IMG/VR virus record: IMGVR_UViG_3300037851_000266
Coordinates: 1 to 45,974 of that record
DNA: 45,974 nt
From: a virus
Lineage: Duplodnaviria; Caudoviricetes
Direction: 5' to 3' (one strand)
The position numbers and the translations under genes were made by a program. Positions 16,820 through 26,004 of the stretch are shown here, piece after piece. Positions within the stretch are counted from its first letter, which is position 1, and each line of letters opens with the position of its first letter. Below the pieces are notes generated by a model that searched no databases, had not been told where the DNA came from, and worked only from the letters and a program-made list of their open reading frames with translations.

Positions 16820-17521
16820 ATGAGCCGCACAGTGTTAGCAGATGTTGATGGATTCACACCGATTATTGATTCAGTCGTTGAAGATGTAGGCATTGTGGCC
16901 GCTGCTGTGTTCGGGCGCATATGGCGTTATTGCCAGATGGAAAATGGTGTATGTCATGCCTCACTTGGAACAATCGCCGCTGAACTTCATCTAAGCGTGA
17001 GAACGGTCATCAGACATAGTGACAACCTAGTAATCAATGGTTATCTAAAAGACATGACTCCAGACCTCCGCAATATCCCCCATACCTACGCCGACACCGG
17101 CAAGGCTGGATTGAAAATCAGCGTAACAGGTATGACAGAAAGTCATAGCGGGTATGACAAAAAGTCACAGCGCGCTATGACAAAAAGTCACTTGAAGATA
17201 GTATCTAAGAAAGAAAAAGATATTATCGCTGATTCTTCATCGGTTGGAGTAGTCAAAACAAGAGACATCCAAGCAGCATATGAATCTTGTGTGACATACC
17301 CGATTGACTGGAAGGCTGGCGAGGGGCGTGCCGCGAAGTGGTTAGCTGAGCAGGGTTACACCCCCGACGATGTGCGCGCCTGCTATGCGGAAATGAAGCG
17401 CGATCAATTCTGGTCTGACAAGCCGCTCAGCCTGTCCAGCGTAAAGAATCGGATCGGCGCGTGGAAGTCCACAAAGCAAGCCAAGCAGACCATCAAACTA
17501 ACAGGGGTCGTCCATGCTTAA
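16820..17521 (+). CDS. Replication initiator (N-terminal wHTH)
   Basis: ASLGTIAAELHLSVRTVIRH HTH; internal iterons; followed by DnaB. Confidence 0.85.
   Translation: MSRTVLADVDGFTPIIDSVVEDVGIVAAAVFGRIWRYCQMENGVCHASLGTIAAELHLSVRTVIRHSDNLVINGYLKDMTPDLRNIPHTYADTGKAGLKISVTGMTESHSGYDKKSQRAMTKSHLKIVSKKEKDIIADSSSVGVVKTRDIQAAYESCVTYPIDWKAGEGRAAKWLAEQGYTPDDVRACYAEMKRDQFWSDKPLSLSSVKNRIGAWKSTKQAKQTIKLTGVVHA
17131..17191 (+). repeat. Iterons / probable replication origin
   Basis: Three TATGACAnAAAGTCA copies (17131, 17153, 17176), each with TGAC-N5-GTCA dyad, followed by an A-rich tract. Confidence 0.8.
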
Positions 17522-18479
17522 TACCGATTATCGATCGCTTATTCATACCCCGGCTGATCTCGCGGTTGAATTTGTCGAATATGCCAAACAGCGCAAGCAA
17601 TATAGCGGCGTGACATGGGGGGTTCCGAGCATGGATAGCGTGATCATCCCCATGCACCCCGGCGACGTGACCGGCGTCATTGCGCGGCCCGGTCATGGCA
17701 AATCAACGCTCTGCGCGTACCTGTCACGGCACACCGCCAAACGCATCATGGCAAGCGACAATACCAACCGCGCTGTAGTGTATGTGACGTTTGAGCAGAG
17801 CGTCGAAGAGATCGAAGCGATGTTTGAGATTGACGCGACCAGCGGCTTGAGCATTACTGATATAGCCTGGGGACGCGCTGACATCGGCAAGCTGATGGAG
17901 CAATCGGTCAAACGTCCGCGCCTGCCTGTGGCGATGATTGGCAAGAGCCAGAGCCGCCGCAAGGTGACACCGCGCATGACGATCGAGAATGTGTACAAGG
18001 CGCTGCGCTCATTCGAGGATGATTATAAAACGCGCATCGAATTGATCATCTTGGACTATATCCAGATCATCCCGGTTGAGGGCGCACGCGATCGAACGAC
18101 GCAGGTTGGAGAGGCAATCAACGCCTCGAAGGAACTGGCGATCGATTGCGGCTGCCCGATCGTAATTGCGGTACAGGCTAAGGCTGATGTAGACAAATAC
18201 GACTTGAAGATACCGGGCGCAGGCGATACGCAATGGGCCAGCGCGATCGGTCAGGTATGCGACAAAGAGATCGGCATGTGGCGGCCTGTGCTAACAGAGG
18301 ATGAGAACGCCGTAATCGACATCGGGCAGAGACAGATCAAGGTAACACAGAATCTAATGGTGGCCCGCATCAGCAAGCAACGCATGGCCCCGGCAGGCTA
18401 TACATTCATCCTGAACTTTGCGCCGGAATATGTGCGGCTGGCCGATATGGAGTTAAGATATGCAGACCTCAATGGATGA
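17514..18479 (+). CDS. dnaB: DnaB-like replicative helicase
   Basis: IARPGHGKS Walker A, IILDYIQ, SKQR arginine-finger region. Confidence 0.9.
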   Translation: MLNTDYRSLIHTPADLAVEFVEYAKQRKQYSGVTWGVPSMDSVIIPMHPGDVTGVIARPGHGKSTLCAYLSRHTAKRIMASDNTNRAVVYVTFEQSVEEIEAMFEIDATSGLSITDIAWGRADIGKLMEQSVKRPRLPVAMIGKSQSRRKVTPRMTIENVYKALRSFEDDYKTRIELIILDYIQIIPVEGARDRTTQVGEAINASKELAIDCGCPIVIAVQAKADVDKYDLKIPGAGDTQWASAIGQVCDKEIGMWRPVLTEDENAVIDIGQRQIKVTQNLMVARISKQRMAPAGYTFILNFAPEYVRLADMELRYADLNG

Positions 18480-18627
18480 TGCCCCGCCCGCCATTCTCGC
18501 CACATTCAGAGGCCCGGACGCGCCGACATGGGACGCTGATGAGATCGAGGCGTGGTATACCGTGGCGCAGCAGATACATGATGACGCCCTGCCGCTGGAC
18601 GACCCGGCGGGCGTGGGGGAGGACTAA
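18460..18627 (+). CDS. Small acidic hypothetical protein
   Basis: Fills the gap between DnaB and the MTase; GGAG RBS, TAATG overlap. Confidence 0.5.
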   Translation: MQTSMDDAPPAILATFRGPDAPTWDADEIEAWYTVAQQIHDDALPLDDPAGVGED

Positions 18628-19322
18628 TGTTTTCATATTACGGCAGTAAAAGCAAGGTGATAGACCTATATCCGGCTCCCAAGTGCGGCAGAATCATAGA
18701 GCCATTCGCGGGCAGTGCGCGGTATAGCCTCAAATACTTTGACCGTGATATTTTACTCGTGGAAAAATGGGAGATCATTGTAAAAATCTGGCGCTATCTT
18801 CAACAAGCTACCCCTGCCGATATTATGAGTTTACCAGAACCGAAATATAAAGAGTCTATCGATAGTTTCAAACTTTCCGAAGGTGAACGCCTGCTTATGG
18901 GTTTTCTTGTCGCTCCTGGTACAGCATATCCTCAAAAGATAGTCCAACAATTCAGTGATATTGCCGCCGCCAAGAAAAAAATTTCAAGTCAGTTATTCAA
19001 AATCAAACACTGGAAAATCATGCAAGGCGATTACTCCGAAATCGAGAATCAAACGGCTACATGGTTTATAGACTCCCCTTATCAATTCGGCGGCGATCAT
19101 TACCACGAGAATGAAATTGATTTTTCAGTGTTGGGTGAGTGGTGCAAATCAAGAGATGGTCAAGTCATTGTTTGTGAAAACACAAAAGCTAATTGGCTAC
19201 CATTCTGGCCAATAGGAAAACTGACCGGAGCATACTCTAATACAATAGAATCCATGTGGTCAAATGAGTTCCATCAAATAGGTATGCAACTTGACGGCTC
19301 GGCAGGCATGAGCGCGAGGTAG
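18627..19322 (+). CDS. Dam-like (D12 class) DNA adenine methyltransferase
   Basis: YYGSKSK, EPFAGSA, motif IV FIDSPY (DPPY variant); AT-richer than flanks. Confidence 0.85.
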   Translation: MFSYYGSKSKVIDLYPAPKCGRIIEPFAGSARYSLKYFDRDILLVEKWEIIVKIWRYLQQATPADIMSLPEPKYKESIDSFKLSEGERLLMGFLVAPGTAYPQKIVQQFSDIAAAKKKISSQLFKIKHWKIMQGDYSEIENQTATWFIDSPYQFGGDHYHENEIDFSVLGEWCKSRDGQVIVCENTKANWLPFWPIGKLTGAYSNTIESMWSNEFHQIGMQLDGSAGMSAR

Positions 19323-19370
19323 CGTGAGGTGTAGAACATGCGTGCGATCCTTAAATTTTCTGACACCCCC

Positions 19371-19399
19371 TTGACACAGGCGCGAAGGTATTGTATAAT
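19371..19399 (+). promoter_or_regulatory. Sigma70-type promoter
   Basis: TTGACA-17-TATAAT with TG extension. Confidence 0.9.
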
Positions 19400-19427
19400 A
19401 CCAGCATACTAGAGACAGGAGCGAACG

Positions 19428-19613
19428 ATGGAACTTACACTAGACCTTAACAAATTGAACGCAGAAGAACTCGCGGCACTGTATATCGCGCTTCGTCGTC
19501 AACTCAGCAGCAACGATCTGATAGCGATTGTTGGAGCAGGTGAAGCAAACTGCGGCGCGACGATATTTCGGCAGATGACCATTGAAGTTTCATTCTGCCA
19601 CGACAGCCGCTAA
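19428..19613 (+). CDS. Hypothetical protein
   Basis: AGGAG RBS just after the promoter. Confidence 0.7.
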   Translation: MELTLDLNKLNAEELAALYIALRRQLSSNDLIAIVGAGEANCGATIFRQMTIEVSFCHDSR

Positions 19614-19622
19614 AGGATCATC

Positions 19623-19814
19623 ATGACCCTCACCGGCCCCGCCAAATCCGCCGCCAACGCCCGCGCCGCCGCCAAGCGCATGGCCGAACTGCAAGCCGCC
19701 GCCGAGCGCGACGGATTCAGAACGATCAGCGCCGCCTTGACTGCGTGGAAGCGCGGCGATTACGTGCTGACGAAGCGCAGGCAGATGAGGCGAGGCCGTC
19801 CGGCTAATACATAG
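19623..19814 (+). CDS. Small basic protein, possible DNA binder
   Basis: AAGGA RBS; 'AAAERDGFRTISAAL' pattern. Confidence 0.6.
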   Translation: MTLTGPAKSAANARAAAKRMAELQAAAERDGFRTISAALTAWKRGDYVLTKRRQMRRGRPANT

Positions 19815-19896
19815 TTAGACCGCCACTTTGCTGGCAGAGCGGCTGGTAAGCGCATCGCGGAACTGGAGCAGGGACGCGAGTTTGACAGGGACATGA

Positions 19897-20181
19897 ATGC
19901 CTAGCTACACCTACCAATCCCGCCTAGTCCACAGCGTCAATAGCATCGGTGATCGCGGCTCACGCTCGGCTCGCCTGAGAGAGTATGATGACAAGCGCGG
20001 TTCCGGCAAACGCGTCAGTGTCTACAGCACTAGCAATCAGCCGATTAAGATCGTGCGCTCGTTTGGCGCGTGTATCTGCTGCACGCAACAGCGCGACCTC
20101 ATTAATGGCTATTGCGATTGCTGCCGATCGAATGGCGCGAATGAGCGCCAATGCCTGAACACGAAAGAGATCGAGGCATGA
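19897..20181 (+). CDS. Hypothetical protein with Cys cluster
   Basis: CICC...CDCC. Confidence 0.6.
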   Translation: MPSYTYQSRLVHSVNSIGDRGSRSARLREYDDKRGSGKRVSVYSTSNQPIKIVRSFGACICCTQQRDLINGYCDCCRSNGANERQCLNTKEIEA

Positions 20182-20348
20182 GCCGCCGCACCGTTCCACC
20201 TCTCACCAAGCGCGGCACCCGCCGCCGTGTCGTCATGACGTGCGATACGTGCGGCCACAAGATGCTGCGCGTCGGCGTCGGTACGTGCAGGCGCTGCGGG
20301 GAGGGGTGGATGAAAGTCAAAGAGGATGCACAGGGGAAGATGAGATGA
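20178..20348 (+). CDS. Zinc-ribbon protein
   Basis: CDTC...CRRC; ATGA overlaps at both ends. Confidence 0.6.
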   Translation: MSRRTVPPLTKRGTRRRVVMTCDTCGHKMLRVGVGTCRRCGEGWMKVKEDAQGKMR

Positions 20349-20722
20349 TCAAGCCGTGCAAGATTATTCTGCCGTGGCCTGATGCTGAACTATTTCCGAA
20401 TCGCTCTAATGGTAAAAGTTGGAAGTCAAAGCAATCATTCAAAGCTGCCGCAAAACAGTCGGCGGCAATCGAGGCGATAGGCATAGGTTCAGACATTGGC
20501 GACACGCTGATCGATCATGGTGTGACGATCATTATCGAGCCGCCCGATAGCCGCCGCCGTGATGTTGACGGCGTGCTGTCCGCTCTCAAGCCGTCGCTAG
20601 ATGGGATTGCTGAAGTACTCCGCATTGACGATTATCACTTCAATCCGATCCGCATCATCAGGCAAGCCCCCGTAAGGCATGGCAGAATCACGATTATCAT
20701 TGATGATTCGATCCCATTCTAG
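20345..20722 (+). CDS. rusA: RusA-like Holliday junction resolvase
   Basis: LPWP...PN; PPDSRRRDVDG...LKPSLDG...IDD catalytic pattern. Confidence 0.85.
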   Translation: MIKPCKIILPWPDAELFPNRSNGKSWKSKQSFKAAAKQSAAIEAIGIGSDIGDTLIDHGVTIIIEPPDSRRRDVDGVLSALKPSLDGIAEVLRIDDYHFNPIRIIRQAPVRHGRITIIIDDSIPF

Positions 20723-20760
20723 CCCGTTCCGCGCCGCCCTTGTGTAGAACAAAAAGCCAC

Positions 20761-20789
20761 TTGACAAACGTCCCAAACAAGCGCATAAT
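20761..20789 (+). promoter_or_regulatory. Sigma70-type promoter
   Basis: TTGACA-17-CATAAT. Confidence 0.7.
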
Positions 20790-20832
20790 GGCACGTAGGG
20801 CATTTTACGATGTTTACGAATGGAGCGCAATC

Positions 20833-21231
20833 GTGAGCGAGAGACGTAAACAGGTTCAAAATCCGCTTGACGGCATTGACGACGCTGATCGTATTGAGTC
20901 GGGCTATCCTCTCTTTATCTTCTACAAATCAGTCAAAGTGATTTTGCTTGACCACAAAAAACCCCTGTCGTGGCTGGCCCTTCACGCCGGGAAGTCGAAG
21001 CCGTGGTGGGGCTATGCACTGCAAGATGCGAAACTAACAGGCCATGAGCGCAAGACGAAGCGCAGCGCGATCGTGGTGCATGGCCGCGAACTGAAAAGCG
21101 CGTTCATGATTGCAAATCTGTTGAAAGAGTATGACGACGCGGCCAGCGATAAACTTGCCGCGCGGTTGGGCGTGCTGCGCGCTCAGGCCGAATTGAATGA
21201 CAAGATCAATGCGTTGGTACGAATTCGGTGA
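20833..21231 (+). CDS. Hypothetical protein, possibly HTH-like
   Basis: GGAG RBS and GTG start downstream of the promoter. Confidence 0.6.
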   Translation: MSERRKQVQNPLDGIDDADRIESGYPLFIFYKSVKVILLDHKKPLSWLALHAGKSKPWWGYALQDAKLTGHERKTKRSAIVVHGRELKSAFMIANLLKEYDDAASDKLAARLGVLRAQAELNDKINALVRIR

Positions 21232-21312
21232 GTGTGTAAAACAGTTCGGCGCGTAATCGTCTTGGCTGACAATCGCGCCGAACTGACAAACAAAAAGCAC
21301 AAGGAGTATACC

Positions 21313-21777
21313 ATGAGTAACTGGATTTTTATCGAGAAAGAGCGATACGGCGGCAAGGGCGGAAGTCGATACTCTCAGTACTTTGACAAGCCCGTAGCAG
21401 TTACCACGCCTAACGGCGAAATTCTCCTCACTCCCTGCGCGATGGAGATGCTGGGGTATCCTCGATATATCGCCTTGATGTCCGATCCGGCGCGGAGACT
21501 ACTGGCGATCTTGACATCGAGCGAATCAGAATCACATGTTGCGCGCAAAGTGCAATATGTTAGATCAGGAAAGTCTACAAAAAATCTCTCGACAAATAAA
21601 CCTCAACAGATGGCGCGTATTTCTGCGCCCGGCTTTATCAGGTCAAATGGAATGGTGGCGGACAACAGTTGTTTTGTGTGGACGCTCACGCCTCAAGATG
21701 ATATGTTGGTCATCGATCTCAAGCAGCGCCGTGAGGTTATATCGTATGTTCGACGCCATCGCAATGGTAAGAGGTAG
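21313..21777 (+). CDS. Hypothetical protein
   Basis: AAGGAG RBS before ATG 21313. Confidence 0.75.
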   Translation: MSNWIFIEKERYGGKGGSRYSQYFDKPVAVTTPNGEILLTPCAMEMLGYPRYIALMSDPARRLLAILTSSESESHVARKVQYVRSGKSTKNLSTNKPQQMARISAPGFIRSNGMVADNSCFVWTLTPQDDMLVIDLKQRREVISYVRRHRNGKR

Positions 21778-21781
21778 AATA

Positions 21782-21967
21782 ATGACCACTCAAGACGCAC
21801 TTAGTGCAGCAACAAAATCACAACATGCGCGGCGGGAAGCCGCAAAGGCCGCCAAAGAAGCCAACGCGCGAAACACGCAGACATATCTGAAGACCCAGCG
21901 CTCCCTTTGGTACGATCTTATTCGCGGGATCAAGAGTGCCGCGAGCCGCATGACGATCGATCAATGA
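21782..21967 (+). CDS. Hypothetical protein
   Basis: GAGGT RBS; helical 61 aa. Confidence 0.6.
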   Translation: MTTQDALSAATKSQHARREAAKAAKEANARNTQTYLKTQRSLWYDLIRGIKSAASRMTIDQ

Positions 21968-21968
21968 G

Positions 21969-22067
21969 ATGAATCCTGCGAGTGAAATCGCGTCATGGCT
22001 GGTCGTGATCATTCTCTTGATCGGCGCGCTGATCGTCACACGTTCTGATCATGGTAAGGATCGGTAG
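21969..22067 (+). CDS. Tiny single-TM protein (32 aa)
   Basis: MNPASEIASWLVVIILLIGALIVT...; fills the gap exactly. Confidence 0.5.
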   Translation: MNPASEIASWLVVIILLIGALIVTRSDHGKDR

Positions 22068-22069
22068 CG

Positions 22070-22756
22070 ATGGATTTCGATCCGCTGGCCTTTGTCATTG
22101 GCCTAATCCCGGAAGTCATCAAATATGTCGTCATCGCCTATGCGCTGATTCTCATCACGCGGGCAGTGGCGGCGCGCATCGCTGGGCCTAATGCGCCGCT
22201 CGTGCTGAATATGCCGCTCATCGCCCTCCCCCACTGGCAGAGTTTGGGAACAATTGATGAATCCGACGAAGAAACAGACAACACCGAAACAGCCGGAAAC
22301 ACTGAGAACACTACTGTTTCGACTATTCCAGCCGTGGAATATATGATGACGGGTGGTCTTGTTGAACATAACCTCATAAAAAAAATAACGCCTGATGAAG
22401 CGCGGGAATTACGCGAGGCGCGCAGTAATGCGATGGGACTGTTGTCGCTTTGTTGCGACTTCTATGCCAAAGCCAACACGCCCGATATAGGAATTATCCC
22501 GCGTTACAATAAGATCGGGATTGGAGCGCAGCAGCGGCAAGCCATCATTGACACGCTGGAATATAGCGGCCTTGTCTCTGTAATGCGGAACAGTAAGACC
22601 ATTGTCGTGCCTGAAATCAAGACTTGTGCCGCACTGCTGAAACTCATCAGGGATAATCGCAAACGAGTGTATCCGCTTGATTTTTGCGAACGCGGGCAAA
22701 AACTTCTTGACTCAGCCGTAGCCGCACTGCCAGAAAATGAGCCGGTTAAATCGTGA
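22070..22756 (+). CDS. Membrane-anchored hypothetical protein
   Basis: N-terminal hydrophobic segment, acidic/Thr linker, soluble C-domain. Confidence 0.7.
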   Translation: MDFDPLAFVIGLIPEVIKYVVIAYALILITRAVAARIAGPNAPLVLNMPLIALPHWQSLGTIDESDEETDNTETAGNTENTTVSTIPAVEYMMTGGLVEHNLIKKITPDEARELREARSNAMGLLSLCCDFYAKANTPDIGIIPRYNKIGIGAQQRQAIIDTLEYSGLVSVMRNSKTIVVPEIKTCAALLKLIRDNRKRVYPLDFCERGQKLLDSAVAALPENEPVKS

Positions 22757-22793
22757 TTCCGGTTAAGCAACAGTTGCGGGAGTGGAGGACAAT

Positions 22794-23105
22794 ATGACAC
22801 AAGAATTTGATGTATTTAGAGCAAGAAGTTACGATCTTCCGGGTGTTGTTTTCCATGCAAGAAAACGCCCGAATCTAAAAGGCGAAATCGCGGCCCGATT
22901 AGTTGAACATTTCGCCATCGTGGCAGCGCAGGAGAATGGAGAGGATTCAGCAGGTCGTCAGGCTTTCAAACTTCAAACGCCTGAACAAGTTGTGATTCGC
23001 GCCTGCGATATTGCAGATAACATGGTGAACGAATTTGAACGCCGGGGATGGTTGATTAGCATCCCGGCGTATGATGACATCCCGCTTGTTCAGAAAGCAG
23101 GCTAA
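22794..23105 (+). CDS. Hypothetical protein (last early gene)
   Basis: GGAGG RBS; 'GEDSAGRQ...LQTPEQVV.RAC' motif recalled from other phages. Confidence 0.75.
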   Translation: MTQEFDVFRARSYDLPGVVFHARKRPNLKGEIAARLVEHFAIVAAQENGEDSAGRQAFKLQTPEQVVIRACDIADNMVNEFERRGWLISIPAYDDIPLVQKAG

Positions 23106-23115
23106 GCGGTGAACT

Positions 23116-23400
23116 TCACCATTTGCGGATTGGCAGCATCGCTTGCATGATTCCGATCGGGACTGCGCGCATCTCATGCGCGCGCGGGAATGGTGTTGGC
23201 AATGGCGATTCAGGCCATAGTGGTCTAGATATTGGCGTAGGGCGATAAGGCGGCGCTTCCAACGTGCCGCCCCCGCTCGGCGTTGACCACACCCGCGTCG
23301 GCAGCGGAGATCGAAACGGCTGCGCGCTTGACGGCGCGGCCATGCTCAGCACGAGCAGCGCCAGAAGCATAACCAGCACCAACAGCACAATCTTACTCAT
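23116..23400 (-). CDS. Secreted or membrane Pro-rich protein
   Basis: Signal peptide MSKIVLLVLVMLLALLVLSMAAPSSA; two SPLPT motifs; GAGGTG RBS. Confidence 0.65.
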   Translation of the reverse strand: MSKIVLLVLVMLLALLVLSMAAPSSAQPFRSPLPTRVWSTPSGGGTLEAPPYRPTPISRPLWPESPLPTPFPRAHEMRAVPIGIMQAMLPIRKW

Positions 23401-23411
23401 GTGGTTGCACC

Positions 23412-24002
23412 TCACGATAACCGCTCAACGGTGATATACAGCGAGTACACCGCATCACCATAGGAATTGATAGATGTGGTCGAATACTGAATCGGCCCCG
23501 TGGCGCTCTGTACGAAAAACGTGCCGGAACAGGTCAGTTTATCTGTGTTATTCGCATCAATCTGACGCAACAGATTTAGGCCATACCCGTTCACATCTGA
23601 CAATATCTTGCTGCCTGCGTCATCCGCCCAGCCAAAATCGACACTGACAATGACGGTGCTGCCGTCTGTCGCCGTGAAAAATATATAGTAGTTGATCAGG
23701 TACGTCCCTGCCTCAGTCGTATTATCTAAATTAGTATCGCTGATATCTGCTGTCTGATCGGTCAATGCAACGGTAGCCACTGTGGCGGGATAACTGCCGC
23801 CGCCGACAGCCTTCCACGTCACCGGATCATCATCAGTCAACATCCACAGCGAATTATCGTCCAACTGTCGCGCCAGTTTGCCGACATCCGTACTGACTAG
23901 GCCGCTGGCCGCTTCGCGTTCTGTTTCATCGTCATAGGTCCACTGATAGGGAATATGGATTCCCTGATCCGTTCCTAAAAATCCATGTCGTGCTTCTGCC
24001 AT
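23412..24002 (-). CDS. Tail tip / receptor-binding candidate
   Basis: End of tail operon; beta-rich C-terminal domain. Confidence 0.6.
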   Translation of the reverse strand: MAEARHGFLGTDQGIHIPYQWTYDDETEREAASGLVSTDVGKLARQLDDNSLWMLTDDDPVTWKAVGGGSYPATVATVALTDQTADISDTNLDNTTEAGTYLINYYIFFTATDGSTVIVSVDFGWADDAGSKILSDVNGYGLNLLRQIDANNTDKLTCSGTFFVQSATGPIQYSTTSINSYGDAVYSLYITVERLS

Positions 24003-24010
24003 ATCTCACC

Positions 24011-24490
24011 TCATGCCACGATCAAAATTCCGCTCGTTTCCTCAACCAGCCAGCCCGCCTCATCGGTGATCGGCAGTTCCGCCGTGAAAATGACGCCATC
24101 CACAGAATACAACACCTGCCCGATCTGCGTTGCGCCTGTTACGCCGCCTGCTGTCAAGTTCCCGATCTGAACCATCTTCTTGATGTTGCTTGCTTCGCTA
24201 TCCTCTATGATGATCATATCGGCGCTGACTGGCACGGTTTTTTCAGTAATCGCGCTGATCTCATCAGCCTCATTATCGTGTATAGCCGCTGCATCATAGT
24301 CGATTTTTCGCACGACGCCCGACCCCTCGTCGGTCAGTGTGCCATTGTCCACGATGATCGTGTTGACATCGGTCACAGTCGGATCACCGTCATCCTCTTG
24401 GACGTTTAACACACGCGCCGCACCTTCGCCCATCGTGCGAAGTTTCAACGCCTCATAGTTATCTTCTCCACGGCCTAAGCGGATCGTCAT
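24011..24490 (-). CDS. Minor tail protein
   Basis: Acidic, beta-rich; follows the hub gene. Confidence 0.6.
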   Translation of the reverse strand: MTIRLGRGEDNYEALKLRTMGEGAARVLNVQEDDGDPTVTDVNTIIVDNGTLTDEGSGVVRKIDYDAAAIHDNEADEISAITEKTVPVSADMIIIEDSEASNIKKMVQIGNLTAGGVTGATQIGQVLYSVDGVIFTAELPITDEAGWLVEETSGILIVA

Positions 24491-26004
24491 AGTTCCTCGT
24501 GCTTCATCGTGAGCGTTCCCTGCGGATATTGATCGGTAGGCGGTCCCATTTCAACCTCGCTGACAAACACAATATGCGGATCGTCTTCGTCATTGCCGCT
24601 GATCTGGCCTGGCCCTAGCGGGGCGTCGTCAAGGTAGAGCAAATGTCCCGGCTCAGCAAACCACGGCTCCATTTCGCCGCCCGCCGCGTTGTAGAATTTT
24701 CCGCCGCGATAGCGATAGGCAATCAGCCCATCGGCCAAGCCATAGTCGAACATGCGCCCGCCATAGACGCCGCCTACCCAGCGATTGCCGCTGGCATCCC
24801 CTGCCTTGATGATGTCCATCAGTATCTGCCAGTGCTTGATCGGCCCCCGGTTGTCGATCTGGTATTGCATCGTGTTGGAAGTGATACCGCCGGTCGTGAC
24901 AAATTCCGCCTCACCGATAACGGCGCTAACATGGTTGCTAGCTGCTGCCGTGCCGGTCGTGAGGCTGTATTTGTTGGCGAGTGTATGTACATAGCCATGC
25001 ACCGTCATGGACAACTTGTCATGCGTTTCGCCCAGCAGATCAGCGCCGATCAGGGTAAATTCATTTGGCGGGAGCGATTTGATCCATGCCTGCTTTTTCA
25101 GCGTCGTGGCGGCTTTGGCATTCGCAGCGGCGGAGGTCATCGAGGCTTCGAGCAGCACGGTTTCGAGCCGCCCATGTTCAGTCATCGAATCGCTATCAAT
25201 GCGCCAGCCCGTTTGCGCGGCGACTGCGCCTAACTGGAATGCAAACGTATCGCAGTAAATCACTCCTGTATCTTCTGAAGTAACTCTTAGATCGACAGTT
25301 CCCGCAAACGTGTTTGATGCGGGTATCGTCATCTTGACCAACCGCTCACCCAGCCCGCCGTTCGTGCTGTCGAATGCTAGGCTTTCATCCGTATCTGATC
25401 GATTGCAGCTAATGCGCCATGATCCGCTTTCGGCGTAGACCACGCCGGTGATGTCATATTGCACCCCGGCGACGATAGTCAGATCGTAACCACTGCCCTC
25501 AATCCATGCGCCCTCGACGCCGCCGGGAGATACGATTTTGCATGAGTATGTTCCGGTGTTGACCCAGGTCGTGCTTTGCGTCACCGTGGCCGCGCCTGTC
25601 CAGCCACAGGCGCCGCCTGTGCCGACTGTCCATGCGGATGATTCTGCGCCGCCGTTCGTAAGCATCGTATCACCGATGCGAGTATAGGACACCTTGATCG
25701 CGTTCGCCACCGGCAGGATCGAGCGGATATAGCGCACGCCGTTTAGGGTCAACTCCATCTCAGCAATATAGCCCTGCCATGTAATCAAGCCGCCTACGTC
25801 CTCGCGCACTTCGCGCAACATTCCATCAAGATACATTTCAAGCAGATCGTCGCGTGTACCCTTATACTCTGCCGTTCCGATCCAGTAGCCGCCGATTGCG
25901 CGGATGGAGCGCCGCCACGTTTCCAGCATCCGATCGGTACAGTTCCAAAGCGCGCCATTCCCGCGTTTGAGCGAGTTGTAGAGCATCAGCGAAAAGTTGC
26001 TCAT
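24487..26004 (-). CDS. Tail hub/Tal-like protein with inserted carbohydrate-binding-like module
   Basis: Second gene after TMP; internal 'LTNGGAE..W...TGTYSCKI...YCDTFAF' jelly-roll pattern. Confidence 0.7.
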   Translation of the reverse strand: MSNFSLMLYNSLKRGNGALWNCTDRMLETWRRSIRAIGGYWIGTAEYKGTRDDLLEMYLDGMLREVREDVGGLITWQGYIAEMELTLNGVRYIRSILPVANAIKVSYTRIGDTMLTNGGAESSAWTVGTGGACGWTGAATVTQSTTWVNTGTYSCKIVSPGGVEGAWIEGSGYDLTIVAGVQYDITGVVYAESGSWRISCNRSDTDESLAFDSTNGGLGERLVKMTIPASNTFAGTVDLRVTSEDTGVIYCDTFAFQLGAVAAQTGWRIDSDSMTEHGRLETVLLEASMTSAAANAKAATTLKKQAWIKSLPPNEFTLIGADLLGETHDKLSMTVHGYVHTLANKYSLTTGTAAASNHVSAVIGEAEFVTTGGITSNTMQYQIDNRGPIKHWQILMDIIKAGDASGNRWVGGVYGGRMFDYGLADGLIAYRYRGGKFYNAAGGEMEPWFAEPGHLLYLDDAPLGPGQISGNDEDDPHIVFVSEVEMGPPTDQYPQGTLTMKHEEL

